Virus record (IMG/VR): IMGVR_UViG_3300030433_001804
Coordinates: 1 to 64,000 of that record
DNA: 64,000 nt
From: a virus
Taxonomy: Duplodnaviria > Caudoviricetes
Reading direction: 5' to 3' (one strand)
Part shown: piece after piece, positions 1 through 12,200 of the stretch
Numbering within the stretch: position 1 is the stretch's first letter
Layout of the letters: each line of letters opens with the position of its first letter
Position numbers and translations under genes: made by a program
Notes under the pieces: generated by a model
What the model was told of the DNA's origin: nothing
Databases searched by the model: none
What the model saw: only the letters and a program-made list of their open reading frames with translations

Positions 1-24
1 TAGTTAGGAAGGGGGAGTTTAATT

Positions 25-1677
25 ATGGCAAATACAGATATATTTTTAGGAAGCGGGGCAAGCATAACATTCATACCAGAAAATGATTTATTTTTAGGTG
101 TAGGATTGAAAGATGGTGGAGGAGCATTAGACGGTTCAGAACAAAGCGTCATACAAGTAAATGCAACCTTTGATTCTGACTTTGAATTAGTTACTAATTT
201 GTATAAAGGATGTCTTTTAGAAAGATACGATACAAATGATGTTTTACAATCCACTCACAGAATATCTTCTAATGATGCTAATTCCGTAACAATAACTCCT
301 TCTGCACCAGCCGCTTCTACTGACTATTTTGTAATCAAGTCATATGGCGCACCTGTTCCTGCTCCCGTTTCAACAGCAAAGAGATTACTTTCCGACCAAT
401 GGTTAGGTATTCTTGAAAGTGCTACTTTCCCAACAACCGAAGTTGAAACAAAGCAGATTAATTTATCTCTAGGTGGAAGTAGAAATAAAACCTATCAATA
501 TAAAGGCATTACCTCTTTTAGTGGAGGTAGCCTTAATTTTGTTGCTAATCATGGAGCATGGCTGTATTACTTTTTAGGTAAATGCACAACCTTGACTTGT
601 AGCACAGATGCCTTGACTACTGCATTATCTACTGATGCACATAGACAAACTTTGGCTCATGTTTCGGGCGACAATAATAGTTTCTTAATTCGTTCTATGG
701 ATGCCGGAACAAACGAAGTTGCCGCAGGTGATGATGCTGTTATTGCCGGTATTGTAGAAACAGGGCCAATATTTAGAAGAACAGTCGGTAATAAAATATG
801 TCCTCCTATTACTCCCTTCGAGGCTACTGATGCTCAATTAGATTTTTACCATAAATTAGACAGGCCAACAGGCTCTACTACATTAACAAAAGCAATTACA
901 TATACCTTTGCTGAACAAGATGGAGATTTATTACCTTCTTTTTCACTAGAGCAAAACCTATCTAAACTAACAGGAACTAATATTTACAGAACAAACAATT
1001 CAGCAGAAGCAGAAGATTTGAACTTTGTTAAAATCGCTAGAGGTTGTAGAGTCAATACTTTAACTATGACTGCTAATGAGAATGAAGAAGTTAAGATGAC
1101 TTTAGATTTATCAACAAGAAATGTTCATGACCTCGCCCAAGATGAAGTATATGATGCTAGAAGAGGCGTTACCGATGAAAAAGCATTCACTAACTATGAA
1201 ACTACTATCAACGCAGATGAAACAAGAGAACCGTTTTTCTTTTCTGATGGAACTTTTAAAGTATTAGGAAGCACATTCTTGAAGATTAATACATTGACTT
1301 TAACTATGAATAACAACTTACAAGATAGAAGATTTTTAGGCGTTGGTTCAAAAGATGTTCAAGAATCTATACCAGCAGAAAGAACATATGAAATTTCATT
1401 TACTGGCCATGTTACTGATGATGCTCTCTATACAGCCCTACTAAACGATTCAGAAAATACTACGCAGATTATTGAATTAGTCTTTACAAAAGCCAATGGA
1501 GAAAGCATTACTTTGAAGTTTAATGATTACTTTATTTCTGCAAACAATTTCCCAATACCCGATGATAAAGGGCCGATTGTTGTTGAGGCAACAGTAATGC
1601 CGAGAAGATTAGCCAACCAAACCGATGATTCAATGGATGGTTGTGTTGTAAAAACACATTGGGTTTTACAGGGGTGA
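25..1677 (+). CDS. Major tail tube protein
   Basis: First gene before chaperone and tape measure. C-terminal half has tail-tube-like strands (GCRVNTLTMT, FFFSDGTF, LTLTMNNNL, RTYEISFTG). Confidence 0.7.
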   Translation: MANTDIFLGSGASITFIPENDLFLGVGLKDGGGALDGSEQSVIQVNATFDSDFELVTNLYKGCLLERYDTNDVLQSTHRISSNDANSVTITPSAPAASTDYFVIKSYGAPVPAPVSTAKRLLSDQWLGILESATFPTTEVETKQINLSLGGSRNKTYQYKGITSFSGGSLNFVANHGAWLYYFLGKCTTLTCSTDALTTALSTDAHRQTLAHVSGDNNSFLIRSMDAGTNEVAAGDDAVIAGIVETGPIFRRTVGNKICPPITPFEATDAQLDFYHKLDRPTGSTTLTKAITYTFAEQDGDLLPSFSLEQNLSKLTGTNIYRTNNSAEAEDLNFVKIARGCRVNTLTMTANENEEVKMTLDLSTRNVHDLAQDEVYDARRGVTDEKAFTNYETTINADETREPFFFSDGTFKVLGSTFLKINTLTLTMNNNLQDRRFLGVGSKDVQESIPAERTYEISFTGHVTDDALYTALLNDSENTTQIIELVFTKANGESITLKFNDYFISANNFPIPDDKGPIVVEATVMPRRLANQTDDSMDGCVVKTHWVLQG

Positions 1678-1681
1678 TTAA

Positions 1682-1807
1682 ATGGTATCAAGGGCAGATT
1701 TGATTAAATTGACGCAAATAGAGAAGGCTAAAAAGCCAAAGCGTCAGCCAAAAAAGACAACTACGAAAGCCAAGGAGGAGAAGAAAGAAACTCCAAAGGC
1801 TGAGTAA
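1682..1807 (+). CDS. Small Lys-rich hypothetical protein (41 aa)
   Basis: Read from sequence: MVSRADLIKLTQIEKAKKPKRQPKK...; GGGGTGA SD-like motif upstream; below ORF-track cutoff. Confidence 0.5.
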   Translation: MVSRADLIKLTQIEKAKKPKRQPKKTTTKAKEEKKETPKAE

Positions 1808-1861
1808 GCATAAATTCCACCAACACCGTTTGTTTGTTTGTTGGTTTTAAAGGTGGATAAC

Positions 1862-2224
1862 ATGGAAAAGAAAATAGTAAGTGATAAGAGTGTGCTTTTT
1901 GCACTACAAGAACCTACGCTACATTATATTAAAGTAGCACCCGAAAGTGATGAATACCTAAAAGTGTGGGTAAAAGAACCTACATGGCTAGAAGTAGATA
2001 AGGCTATGAATACCTTAATGAAAATAGACGCCAAAAGCCAAGATGTTCAAATTGATATGAACGCTATGTTTAGGTATATGGTTGAGAACTTCATCGTAAA
2101 GACAGAACCCAACCTATCAGCAATTGATATTCTAAAATTAACTCCTTATGTTGGCAACCAACTCAAGGATATTCTTCCTAATCCTCTAGAGGACACACAG
2201 GAGGATGAACAAAAAAACGATTAA
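1862..2224 (+). CDS. Tail assembly chaperone (gpG-like)
   Basis: Between tail tube and tape measure. ATG at 1862 follows AGGTGG. Ends in slippery heptamer A AAA AAC (2212-2218). Confidence 0.75.
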   Translation: MEKKIVSDKSVLFALQEPTLHYIKVAPESDEYLKVWVKEPTWLEVDKAMNTLMKIDAKSQDVQIDMNAMFRYMVENFIVKTEPNLSAIDILKLTPYVGNQLKDILPNPLEDTQEDEQKND

Positions 2225-2448
2225 TTAGGGAGGCAATAAGAGGTGGGGAATGTTCCCCGCATCTTTCCTCTCAATTAGTTGTATATAGTTTAGCAACAGC
2301 ATTTTCAATTAGTCCGTTAGAAGTATATCAGATGCCATCTTCTTTGGTTACTGATATGCTTAGAATACATTTTGAAATGAAACGCTTGGAAGCAGAAGAA
2401 GTAGATAAACTTGATAAACAGTATCAGACTAAGATGAACAGAAGGTAA
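2212..2448 (+). other. Programmed -1 frameshift and gpGT-like extension
   Basis: The -1 frame after A AAA AAC is open (KRLIREAIRGGECSPHLSSQLVVYSLATAFSISPLEVYQMP...MNRR) to TAA 2446-2448, just before the tape measure ATG. Confidence 0.8.
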
Positions 2449-2452
2449 TAGC

Positions 2453-4441
2453 ATGAGTGAGGTCATTAAAAACTTAGATGCCACTCTAAGTCGTTTAGAA
2501 CAAACCATGCTTTCTATCTTAGGAGCATTAGATAAGAGGGCTTTTAGAAAAGCCAATAAACTGTTAGAAGAACAGTTAGAAAAAACTGAAAAATTAAACA
2601 AAGTAAAAGAGGAGCAATTGAAAATAGAAGAGAAACGAAAAAAGATTGCTGAGTTTTATGCTAAGAAAGATACTGAAGAAGTAAAAAAAGTAGAGGGATT
2701 AACTAGAAGAACCCAAATACTCAATAAAACTCTTACTAAATTAGCAGAAGAACAAGGTCTTGCCAAAAAAGAAAATGTAAAGTTTGGTCTAAGCCTTGAG
2801 AATATGAATAAGTATGTAGAACAAGGAGGAACTAAATTAGAATTTTTAGCATTATTCATGACTTCTGCATCAGAACAAATGCAAATTTTAGGCTTTGAAG
2901 CAAGTTCTGTTAGAAGAGTTATATACGGTTTTCTTCCTAGAGGTGCTTTTAGATTAGTTAATCAACTTGCTACAACCTTTAATGGGCTTGGTAGTGTTTT
3001 TAGAGGAGTTAGCGAAGATGGTGAAAAGACTTCGAGTGTATTAGGAAAATTAGTAAACATATCAAAGAAAACTCTCGGTTTTAAGTTTGTAGATAAGAAG
3101 AAAAAGAAAGAGGAAGATGGTTCCACTGATGATGCTTTTGGTGGACTATTCAGCATGTCTACTAAACAAACTAAACAGGCAATAAAAAATATGAAAAAAG
3201 CAGAAAAGATTTCTAGAAAAGAGAAATTAAAGTCTCAGAAATTAGAGGCTAAGAATGCTAAGTTTAGATTAAAACAACGAATAAAGGAAGAAAATGCGGC
3301 AAGAGACAAAGTAAACGAATACAGAACTGCCGCAGAAAGAGCGTTTGTTAAACAATCTGGTCAGTTCGGAGCCTTGGGAGATACTAGAACATTAGAAGAA
3401 TATAGACAACAACAAGAAGAATTTGTTGAAAGAATGCTTAGTGATGTAAGGGCGCAACCCGGAAGTGAATTAGCGGAACGGGAATCTGCTCTTAGAAAAG
3501 CAAGTAGTAGAGTAAAAGACCAAAAAAAGCAACATGAGCAAGCCGCTAAAGCATTAGAAGATACTCAAAAAAATAGTCCTTTTAGAAAAAGAGCGCAAAA
3601 AATACAGAAATTTACTACAAGTATGCTAGGAACAGTTCGGCAAGTATTGATGTCAGCAGGTAAATTTATGTTCATGGGATTATTTGTAATCATGGGAATA
3701 ATAGTTATCTTGAAAACAATTGGCCCTACTATATTCAAGGCAATAAAAGCGGCTATTGACTTTGCTAAACCAGCGTTTGATTTTATTTTTGAAGCATTTG
3801 GAACAATATGGGAAGGACTTACTGAAATATTTGATGGCATATTTGGTGATGGTGGGTTAGATAAAGCACTATCCGGAATAATAAAAGTAGCGTTTGGAAT
3901 ATTGAAGGTTATTGTTGGTATTTTATATGCTGTTGTTATGCTCTCCATTGGATTTATTGGTAATTTTATCGGTGGTCTTTGGTCTGCCTTTACAGGTTGG
4001 CTTGTAGCGTTCATGTCTAAGGGAAATAAAATAGCAAGGGCGGCAGTTCTAGCAGTAACGATAGCGGCAGGAATAATAGCGGCTATCATGGGTGCGCCTG
4101 TTTTAATTATAGCAGGAGTCATGGGTGTAGTATTTGCTGCGGCAAAATTCCTAATGAAGAAATTAGAGAAAATACCCGGTTTTTCAACGGGAGGGGTGTC
4201 CTCCGGAGGAATGGCTCTTGTTGGAGAAAAAGGCCCAGAATTTGTTTCTTTACCAGCAGGTTCTAGAATTCATAATAATAGAGAAAGTAAAAATATGGCA
4301 AGAAAAGGAACTGTTAATAATTATAACACATTTAACATTAATGTCAATCCTAAAGATTTGAGCGACCAAGAGATGAAAAAGGTAATTGATAGAATAAGTA
4401 AAGAGATGAGAGTGGGATTGGGTAGAAGAACATCACTATGA
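2453..4441 (+). CDS. Tape measure protein
   Basis: Long helical protein with amphipathic/hydrophobic repeats and C-terminal GGMALVGEKGPEFV motif typical of TMPs; canonical position. Confidence 0.85.
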   Translation: MSEVIKNLDATLSRLEQTMLSILGALDKRAFRKANKLLEEQLEKTEKLNKVKEEQLKIEEKRKKIAEFYAKKDTEEVKKVEGLTRRTQILNKTLTKLAEEQGLAKKENVKFGLSLENMNKYVEQGGTKLEFLALFMTSASEQMQILGFEASSVRRVIYGFLPRGAFRLVNQLATTFNGLGSVFRGVSEDGEKTSSVLGKLVNISKKTLGFKFVDKKKKKEEDGSTDDAFGGLFSMSTKQTKQAIKNMKKAEKISRKEKLKSQKLEAKNAKFRLKQRIKEENAARDKVNEYRTAAERAFVKQSGQFGALGDTRTLEEYRQQQEEFVERMLSDVRAQPGSELAERESALRKASSRVKDQKKQHEQAAKALEDTQKNSPFRKRAQKIQKFTTSMLGTVRQVLMSAGKFMFMGLFVIMGIIVILKTIGPTIFKAIKAAIDFAKPAFDFIFEAFGTIWEGLTEIFDGIFGDGGLDKALSGIIKVAFGILKVIVGILYAVVMLSIGFIGNFIGGLWSAFTGWLVAFMSKGNKIARAAVLAVTIAAGIIAAIMGAPVLIIAGVMGVVFAAAKFLMKKLEKIPGFSTGGVSSGGMALVGEKGPEFVSLPAGSRIHNNRESKNMARKGTVNNYNTFNINVNPKDLSDQEMKKVIDRISKEMRVGLGRRTSL

Positions 4442-4451
4442 GGTAATTGAA

Positions 4452-5093
4452 ATGTCTGAATATTATGTGTATCTAAAAACAAATGTCTATTCTGCTAACA
4501 ATTTAACGGGTAGTAACATCATTCCGTTGAGAGTAAATACGGTAAATATAGGGGTGCAAAAATCAAATCCGAGTTTTAATGTTCCATTTTCCGGTTTAGT
4601 TACAGGAGAGTCTGAAACAATAGCACTAGACTTAGGTATGGCTTCTAAAACAGTTCAATTGAGTGGTTTTATCAATGATACTACATTAAAAAGACAATTT
4701 AAGGATGACGATACTCCTAGAATTCTAGAGTTTACAGCACAAGAAACTGCACAATTAATTGCTAGTGGTGTAGATTCTACAGGTATTGCAGAATATCAAG
4801 CGTTTAGTGAACTGGTCATTTTAATACCTTCTAATGTAGATTCTAATTATGTAATGAGAAGTTCCGGTATTGGCTCTTTGGGTGAACTAATACCGTTTAA
4901 TTTTGCTTCTAGGGGTGGAGCAAATTCATTAGATAATACTCTAGTTCCTTTGCCCACTTCTACTTTCCCAGATTCACAAAGCCACAAAGGGATTTCTGGT
5001 TTTATTAGTTCTTTTGATTTTACTTTAGATGGAGAAACAACAGAAATTGCATTCAATATGACTTTTGAATTAGCCGCACCATTAATACCTTGA
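4452..5093 (+). CDS. Putative distal tail/baseplate protein
   Basis: Directly after TMP, beta-rich, 213 aa; positional inference. Confidence 0.45.
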   Translation: MSEYYVYLKTNVYSANNLTGSNIIPLRVNTVNIGVQKSNPSFNVPFSGLVTGESETIALDLGMASKTVQLSGFINDTTLKRQFKDDDTPRILEFTAQETAQLIASGVDSTGIAEYQAFSELVILIPSNVDSNYVMRSSGIGSLGELIPFNFASRGGANSLDNTLVPLPTSTFPDSQSHKGISGFISSFDFTLDGETTEIAFNMTFELAAPLIP

Positions 5094-5102
5094 GGGATAA
5101 TA

Positions 5103-6287
5103 ATGTATCAAGTTTACACAGGGAAACAAAGAAGTTTGATATTTCCTATTATGTGTAATGGATTTGCTACATTATCTTATTCTGATAATATTCCCGGAGA
5201 TGTTAAGTTAGGCGTTTGGGATATAGAGGGTTCTTTTACCTTTGAAACTATTATAACCCCATATGAAATAAACGGGTATCAAAGTGAATTAAATAACAGC
5301 CCTCCTTCTATGGAAAACTCACAGAAAATATATCCTAAGACTTTTGCTACAACTTCTGAATCAGAAGGAGAAACATATTTGCCAAAAGCAAGCAGAAAAA
5401 ATCATGAGATGATGATTTTTTACAATGATAATTTTCAAATAAGTTTGGTAAATAGTTCTACTATCTTAGAAAACAGTCCCGCAAAATATTTTATTAGAAC
5501 TAGGATAAAAGTCGCAGCAAATAATATACAAGTAGTAGATACTCCAATTGTTATTTCTGCATCTACTTCCCATCAATACTCTTTTACTACTACTAATTTG
5601 AACGGAGAAAATTTACCTACTGATTTTGCCGCACCGAGTATTGATGCAAACATTAGCGGATTCAACAGTTTAGGTCAAAAAGAGTTTGATTTACTTGCTG
5701 TAGCAAATAGCGTAAATACATCCTTTGGAGCAACAACCATAGGTGTTGTAGAAAATAGTGGGAGATGGTCGGGTCAGTTTCCTAGCACACAATTTTTCGT
5801 AGGTCAAGAAATATTTACAAGAAGTGGAACCACATATACATCCATAGGAACTATTGCATCTGTTGGTAGCGGTAGTTTTACTATAGCAGCAAATACAGGA
5901 CTGCCATCACCCTTCTTTGATTTATTTGTTAGGAGTAGATTAGAACCTACCTACATAAATAATTCATTTCATATTGCTTGCACATATAATGGAATAGAGC
6001 ATGTTCTTGAATTATATATTAATGGTCTAAATATCAAAAGACAGGAATTAACTGTTGCCGCTTCGTCTGATAGATTTTCTTTTTCCTCGACAGATTGTTT
6101 TATTGGTTCTAACGGAACTGGTTCTTATGGGGCTAATTCAGCGACAACAAATAAACAATTTATGGGAGAACTCCATGAATTAGCAATATCAAATACCTAT
6201 AAAAATAAAATAAACGGTTTAACTAATTTATTACCAAACCTAGATAGCACAATGCTTTATCTTAGATTTGAAGAGGTGGATGAGTAA
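5103..6287 (+). CDS. Tail protein with LamG/concanavalin A-like domain
   Basis: FTFETIITP ... FHIACTYNG ... LELYING ... FIGSNG ... QFMGELHELAIS pattern of LamG-like folds. Confidence 0.65.
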   Translation: MYQVYTGKQRSLIFPIMCNGFATLSYSDNIPGDVKLGVWDIEGSFTFETIITPYEINGYQSELNNSPPSMENSQKIYPKTFATTSESEGETYLPKASRKNHEMMIFYNDNFQISLVNSSTILENSPAKYFIRTRIKVAANNIQVVDTPIVISASTSHQYSFTTTNLNGENLPTDFAAPSIDANISGFNSLGQKEFDLLAVANSVNTSFGATTIGVVENSGRWSGQFPSTQFFVGQEIFTRSGTTYTSIGTIASVGSGSFTIAANTGLPSPFFDLFVRSRLEPTYINNSFHIACTYNGIEHVLELYINGLNIKRQELTVAASSDRFSFSSTDCFIGSNGTGSYGANSATTNKQFMGELHELAISNTYKNKINGLTNLLPNLDSTMLYLRFEEVDE

Positions 6288-9200
6288 TGGCTACTGCTAT
6301 AGGAATTCCAAATGTTGGAAGCAACAATCTTTCTGTTCTTCATCTTCAAGTTTCTAATAATGTTCCAACTAATCCCAAGATATTCAATAATACTGGGACT
6401 CTTGTTGGAGATAGAATCTTTACTATGGTATATCCAGAAGGAACTACAAATGAAAATGTAGAATATTTTGGAGGAGCAGTAGCGGTATATACTAATTTAG
6501 CAAATACAGAAGGATATAGAATAAGTTGTTATAAAGAACAAAACGCTACTGGAATTCTGGTTAATCCTACAGATTTTAACACTAGAGATTATTTTGTATT
6601 GGTTCATTCAGAAGACCACCTAAAACATCATTTTGCTAAAATTACTCAAATTACTAAAGATGATGTATTAGGAGATTCATTTGAGTTTGAGCCAAGACTA
6701 GGTGATGAAATAGCAAAGGGTTCTAGTTTTAGAATATTTAAAGGGCCGCCAAAGACATCATCTATTATTGCGTGTTCATTTGGACTAAAAAGAGAAGTTA
6801 TAACGCAAGATACATTATTTTTATCTAGACCTCAATTTTATTTCTTTAACGAAAAGTTAGATAAAAAGAACGAACTAGACCACGAAACAAAATACTTCTT
6901 GAGACAAAGTTACTCTCAAACCGCCACTATTACTTTTAATGTAGCAACATCTAGACGGGCATTTTTGACCACTGATTCCTTTGGGAAGGCTTTGATAGAC
7001 CAAAGCAAGTTTAGTATGAAAGTTACTTTAACAGATGTATTAAAAAATAATGATGAAGATTCCTCTACAAGTAACGAAGGCTTTACTTATACAGAAGATA
7101 GAGGAGACTATTCTCTATATTTAGCACATGCTAGAAGAGATACTGATGATAGAGCAAAAAATGGAAGTTCATACATCAAAGATAACAATGGGCCTTATCG
7201 CTATCTTTCATATGGATTTTCACCACAAAAAAATAATCTATTATACAATGTTGTCAATTCATCAACATCATCAGCAATAGGTGGAAGAAGCGGAGTGAGT
7301 GAAACTCTAATAGCCGATAGTCATAAAATTATATCTAAAAAGGTAAAATCTCATGTTAGAAAGGAAATCAGACATAGAGTTTTTACAGCAGAACTAGATG
7401 AAATGAAAGAACTTCCACTTACTATTACTTCTCATAGTGTTATAAGTAATAATTTTACATTAGTTATAACAGGAGCAGATGATTATTTCGTAGCAAATGA
7501 CCAAATAAAAATAAATGATAATTTTTACATAATTGAGGCTGTAAGTAATCTTGCGATTGTTTTGCGAAGCACAAATACTTCGGGTAGTAATTTATTCGTT
7601 AGACCATCCGGAGAAGGAATTTACTCTTCAGTTACTAGCCCTACATTTAGTTCTACTGATAAAATATACCGTAGGGCTTTTTCTTCTACTAAAGGTAATT
7701 TAATTACTGATTTTAAATTAGTAAATAATAGAGAGAAAAGAATAAAATTAAGATTTAATGGTAATGCTTTTCTTTTGTTAGATGCAGATATTACTGCTAT
7801 AGACCCAATTAAAAAATTAGCAACTGTTAGTTTTGATAAAGAAGGATATGATAGTAATGTCATAAAATATATTGATGGTTCTTATAGTATTGAAATCGTT
7901 AGGTTTATTGGAGAGATAGAGGAAATAGATAACTACAAAGAAAACGGTCAAACATTTATGTCTATAAGGGCAAGAGATGAATTTAATAAGTTATTATCAC
8001 CAATAGTAAACAAAAATTATACTTTGAGTGAAGATATAATTTATTCATCTAAATCTCCTTATAATCGTCTTTCCCCTATTTCTACAGGCTCTTTATCACT
8101 GACATGGACTTTTGGGGACACATCAATCAATTTGGGAGTGCCGGGGCCGAATATGACAGGAGGAGCAAGTAATTACATTGCTAATATGACAGGAAAAAGA
8201 CTTTTTAGCGGCACTACTATTGTTGGAACTATAAGTGGTTTTTCTCTTGATGGTAGTAATAATGTAATAGTAAACATAAGTTCTGCTGAATCATCGGGTA
8301 ATTCTGAAAACTTATATGTAGAACTAACTAAAAACTATATATTTAGTAAAGCACTTAGTAGTAATTATACTGCTAGTTTGAAACCAACATCGTTAGAAGG
8401 TCTTGCAGGTAAAGGAATAATATTCAATAGTGGATTCACTATTGCCGCTAATGGCTCAGAAGTTTCTTCACTACCAAATAGTTCGCAAAATACTAATCCA
8501 AAAGCAATCGGTTACGATATCTTTCACCCAAATTCAGTGGGAGAAGACCTTTCTTTCCAATCCCAACTAAAAGATGAACAAGAAAACACTCTCTCTAATT
8601 TTGACACAATAAATACCCTAATAGATTTTGAAGTATGTAATGTTAGTAAAAAAGAAAATGTTACATCTATACAACTAGCACCCTATATACCAATAACATT
8701 AGGAAGAAAAGAGCAAAACCATTCCGTGGGAACAAATAATACTTTTGTAGAAATAGGAGATATAGAACTAACTAGTAATAACGCCCATACTGATTTAAAA
8801 ACAACAGGTATTCTCGCTATTCCATATAATAATGTTATAATTACCAAAGCCGCATCTGCTTTTTCTTTAGAACCCGGAACGCCTCTTTTTACAGAAACTA
8901 ATTCTGGTGGAAAAATTTTCCAAGGATATCTAACTGCTACCCAAAATGAAAGTCTTTTTGACCCTACTGTTTTTCAAACAAATCCCCCATCAGTGGATAA
9001 GGAACACTTACTACTTTTCTTAGATAGAAAGGTTACGGGTCTTGTAGCAGGAGGAACAAATAAATTATTCACCATGACTAAAACACAACATTCTCTATTT
9101 TTTACTAATGGTTCACATCTTTGGGGAGGAAAGATACTATCACTAATTCATCCCATGTCGTCTGCTTCCGGGCTACATCTCTTAAATTACATAAAAGGCG

Positions 9201-12200
9201 CACAGGGCGGAAGTGCTTCTGTTAGAGATATTGCCAATAAATATGGTCAATATTTATACAAAATAAATTCTTTAGGAATCGGTTCTTTTAATTATGTATC
9301 AAGAATACTTCAATCAACAACATTTGGTGTTAGTAATGAAGAACAAACCAGAACTATCAATCAATACGATACTGTTTCGGAATTAAATTATGTGGCTAAT
9401 GCATATAAGATAAAACCTAATATTGCAGAAAAATCAGTTCATAATGTAGATTTAATCAATACTAATTCTCAAGATAAAGAAATAGACCTTGATTCTAGAG
9501 GATTTAACAGACCCTATGGAGAATATCTAACTGGAAGAAGCAAAATGCTCCCTTCTTCAGCAACCGATAAATCCGGAAATAGATATCCCAAAAATTTCTT
9601 ATTTAGGACACTTGCTCCAATTACTTATGCTTTTAGAAATGTAGATTATTCTTACGCTAGATTATTTTTATATGCTAATAGTGACATTAATCCTTATTCT
9701 TCCGTAAGAGCAGATAGTCTAATGAAGCAAAATAGAATATTAAAGGATTACAATATATTATTTATAGATAACAAGAGAGTAAGTGAAGGAACTAAATTAG
9801 AACAAACATATCTCAGTGATGGAAGCCAGTTGTTATTAGAAGACAAAAATTTTCAAAAATTAACAATCAATTCTGATTTAGATATATCTACTCTTAAGAG
9901 ATGTGGAATGATGAGACTTACAGAATTATGTTTTGATTCTCATTATACTATTTTTAATCCAGAAAAAGATGTTATTCCAGTAACTAGAGAATATGATGCA
10001 AATGGAGTAATGCATGGTTTTAGTGAGTTTACTCAACTTATGAACGGTTCAACCCCAATAACAATTGACCGGGTTAGTAGTGGCCTACCAAGTAACGCAC
10101 AGCCCAATAAAATACAATTCTCACTAAATGCTAATATTAGCAATAATGACTATATTTTTGATTCAAATTTTAATTTATTAGGAAAATATGTTGGGCTTAA
10201 CACAAACACACTGGTTATAACTTTAGAGCATCCTGTAGCATATACTAATGGTAAAGACTATCCTGCACATGGAACAGTATTATACAAAGCAACTCTAAAA
10301 ACTTCTAGAATGGAAGGATGGGGAGGAAAAGACATTCTTCAAGTAAATGAGCCATATCACTCTCAAAAATATTATGCTGTAAATAAAAGCAATTTAACAC
10401 CAAAAGGGGGTTCTGCTCCTTCTAACAGTAATAAGTTTGGCTTTGATGGAACAGGCGCAACAATAAATGCTGCTTGGTATGAAAAATTTGCGAATAGCGT
10501 AGATGGTCAAGGAATGATACCCGATATAAGCGATAGACATGCTATTTTTATGCTACCCACTCATTTTAATATAGGAACTAATCCTAACAATTGGTTTGGA
10601 ACTGTAAAATATTCTCCTACTCTTCCTATTGCTTCGCATGGGGAAGGGACTCATTTGAAACACACAGTAGGGGTTAATTTAGGAGGATGGGAAGTTGGTG
10701 GGGCTACTGAGGGGCTATCTTTAGCCAAAGGAGCAAATTCTCCTGCTATTTTAGAAAGCACTACTTTTGACACTAAGCACAATGGAAGTTTTAATGCTTC
10801 TTCGGGGCCAAAGGAATTCGATAATGTAAGTTTAATTTCGGTATATTGCAAGGGAACTACTGGATTGGGTCATAGTCCTGTAAGACCATTTGCTTCAATG
10901 ACCGATTCTGAAAGCCTATCGGGTGGCAATAGAAATAATATAGGTAGGCAAAATACAAACGGTGATGTTACAGGAGCGCACTTAGGATTTAAGCCTAGAC
11001 TGCATATTCCTAATGGAACAACTTCTTTTACAATACCTTCTGTGAATGGTAATTTATTTCAATATACATTAGACCCTACAAATGCTGGTGATTGGCTTAG
11101 ATATATTGACTTAACAGGATGTTATCTAGTTCATGAAGAGGCAACTAGAACAGATAATGGTAAATCAACCATCAGATATGCTGGTAGTGCTAATTATCCG
11201 GATATATTGAACAGCCATGTTGCTAATAGAACCATAAATAATTCTGTATCAAATTTAATATCTTATGTTGTTTCTCATAAAGTAGGAACTAATACGAAAG
11301 AGCATCATTTAATAGTAGACACTGAACTTACTGATATAGGAACAGGGCCGATTAGTGGCCAACGAGGAAACTATAGAATATTTCAACCTAATCAAGTATG
11401 CTTTCATGACTTCTCACCAACCGAAATAAAACTATATGAAATGAGTAGTAAATATACTAAGGTAGCAAATGAAAATAGATGTTATGACAGTATTCCCGAT
11501 TTTATAGGAACTGGTTCTATTTTTATCAATGATGGAGTAGAAGCAGGAAAATCAAACACTCCAAACAGCGAAGTGACTAGAATACCAAGTCTAGGAAAAA
11601 ATGAGGCTTTCCTATCCATGTATGTTTTAGTAGATACTGATAGGCAACATAGTGGTAATCAAGTTGTTTTAAGAAACCCAACACAGGCACTAGAAGTTTT
11701 GCCGGAAAATGAATACTTAATGAATATCAGTGACGGAGATACTAGATATCTTTCTAAGTTTAATATTACTAGTGGCCAATACGATAATGCAGAAGTTAAA
11801 TTTGAGACAATTAAAAAGCAAAAGGGAGTAGTTTCTATTTCTGAAACATTTACTATAGAATCCCGTGAGGAGTTAAATATAGAACCAAATAGGGCTTGTA
11901 TTGGTTCTCAAGTAACAATTACTAGAGAATCGGAAAACATAATTAATGATTTATTGGAGAATGAAGGTATTGAATTTGAATCTACAGACAGAACATATCC
12001 ATTATATTATTCTCCGGATTTTAAAGGAATAGATTTATTTTCAGCAATTAACAATATTCTAGAAAAGAAAGACCTTTCCATTAAAAGAGAAGATGAAAAA
12101 TTCAAGATATTCCCCGACAGCGATTCACAGATATTCACTAATATTGTTATCTCGGATAATATTTCAGAAGGTTCCGTCAAAATATTAGAATATGAAAAGA

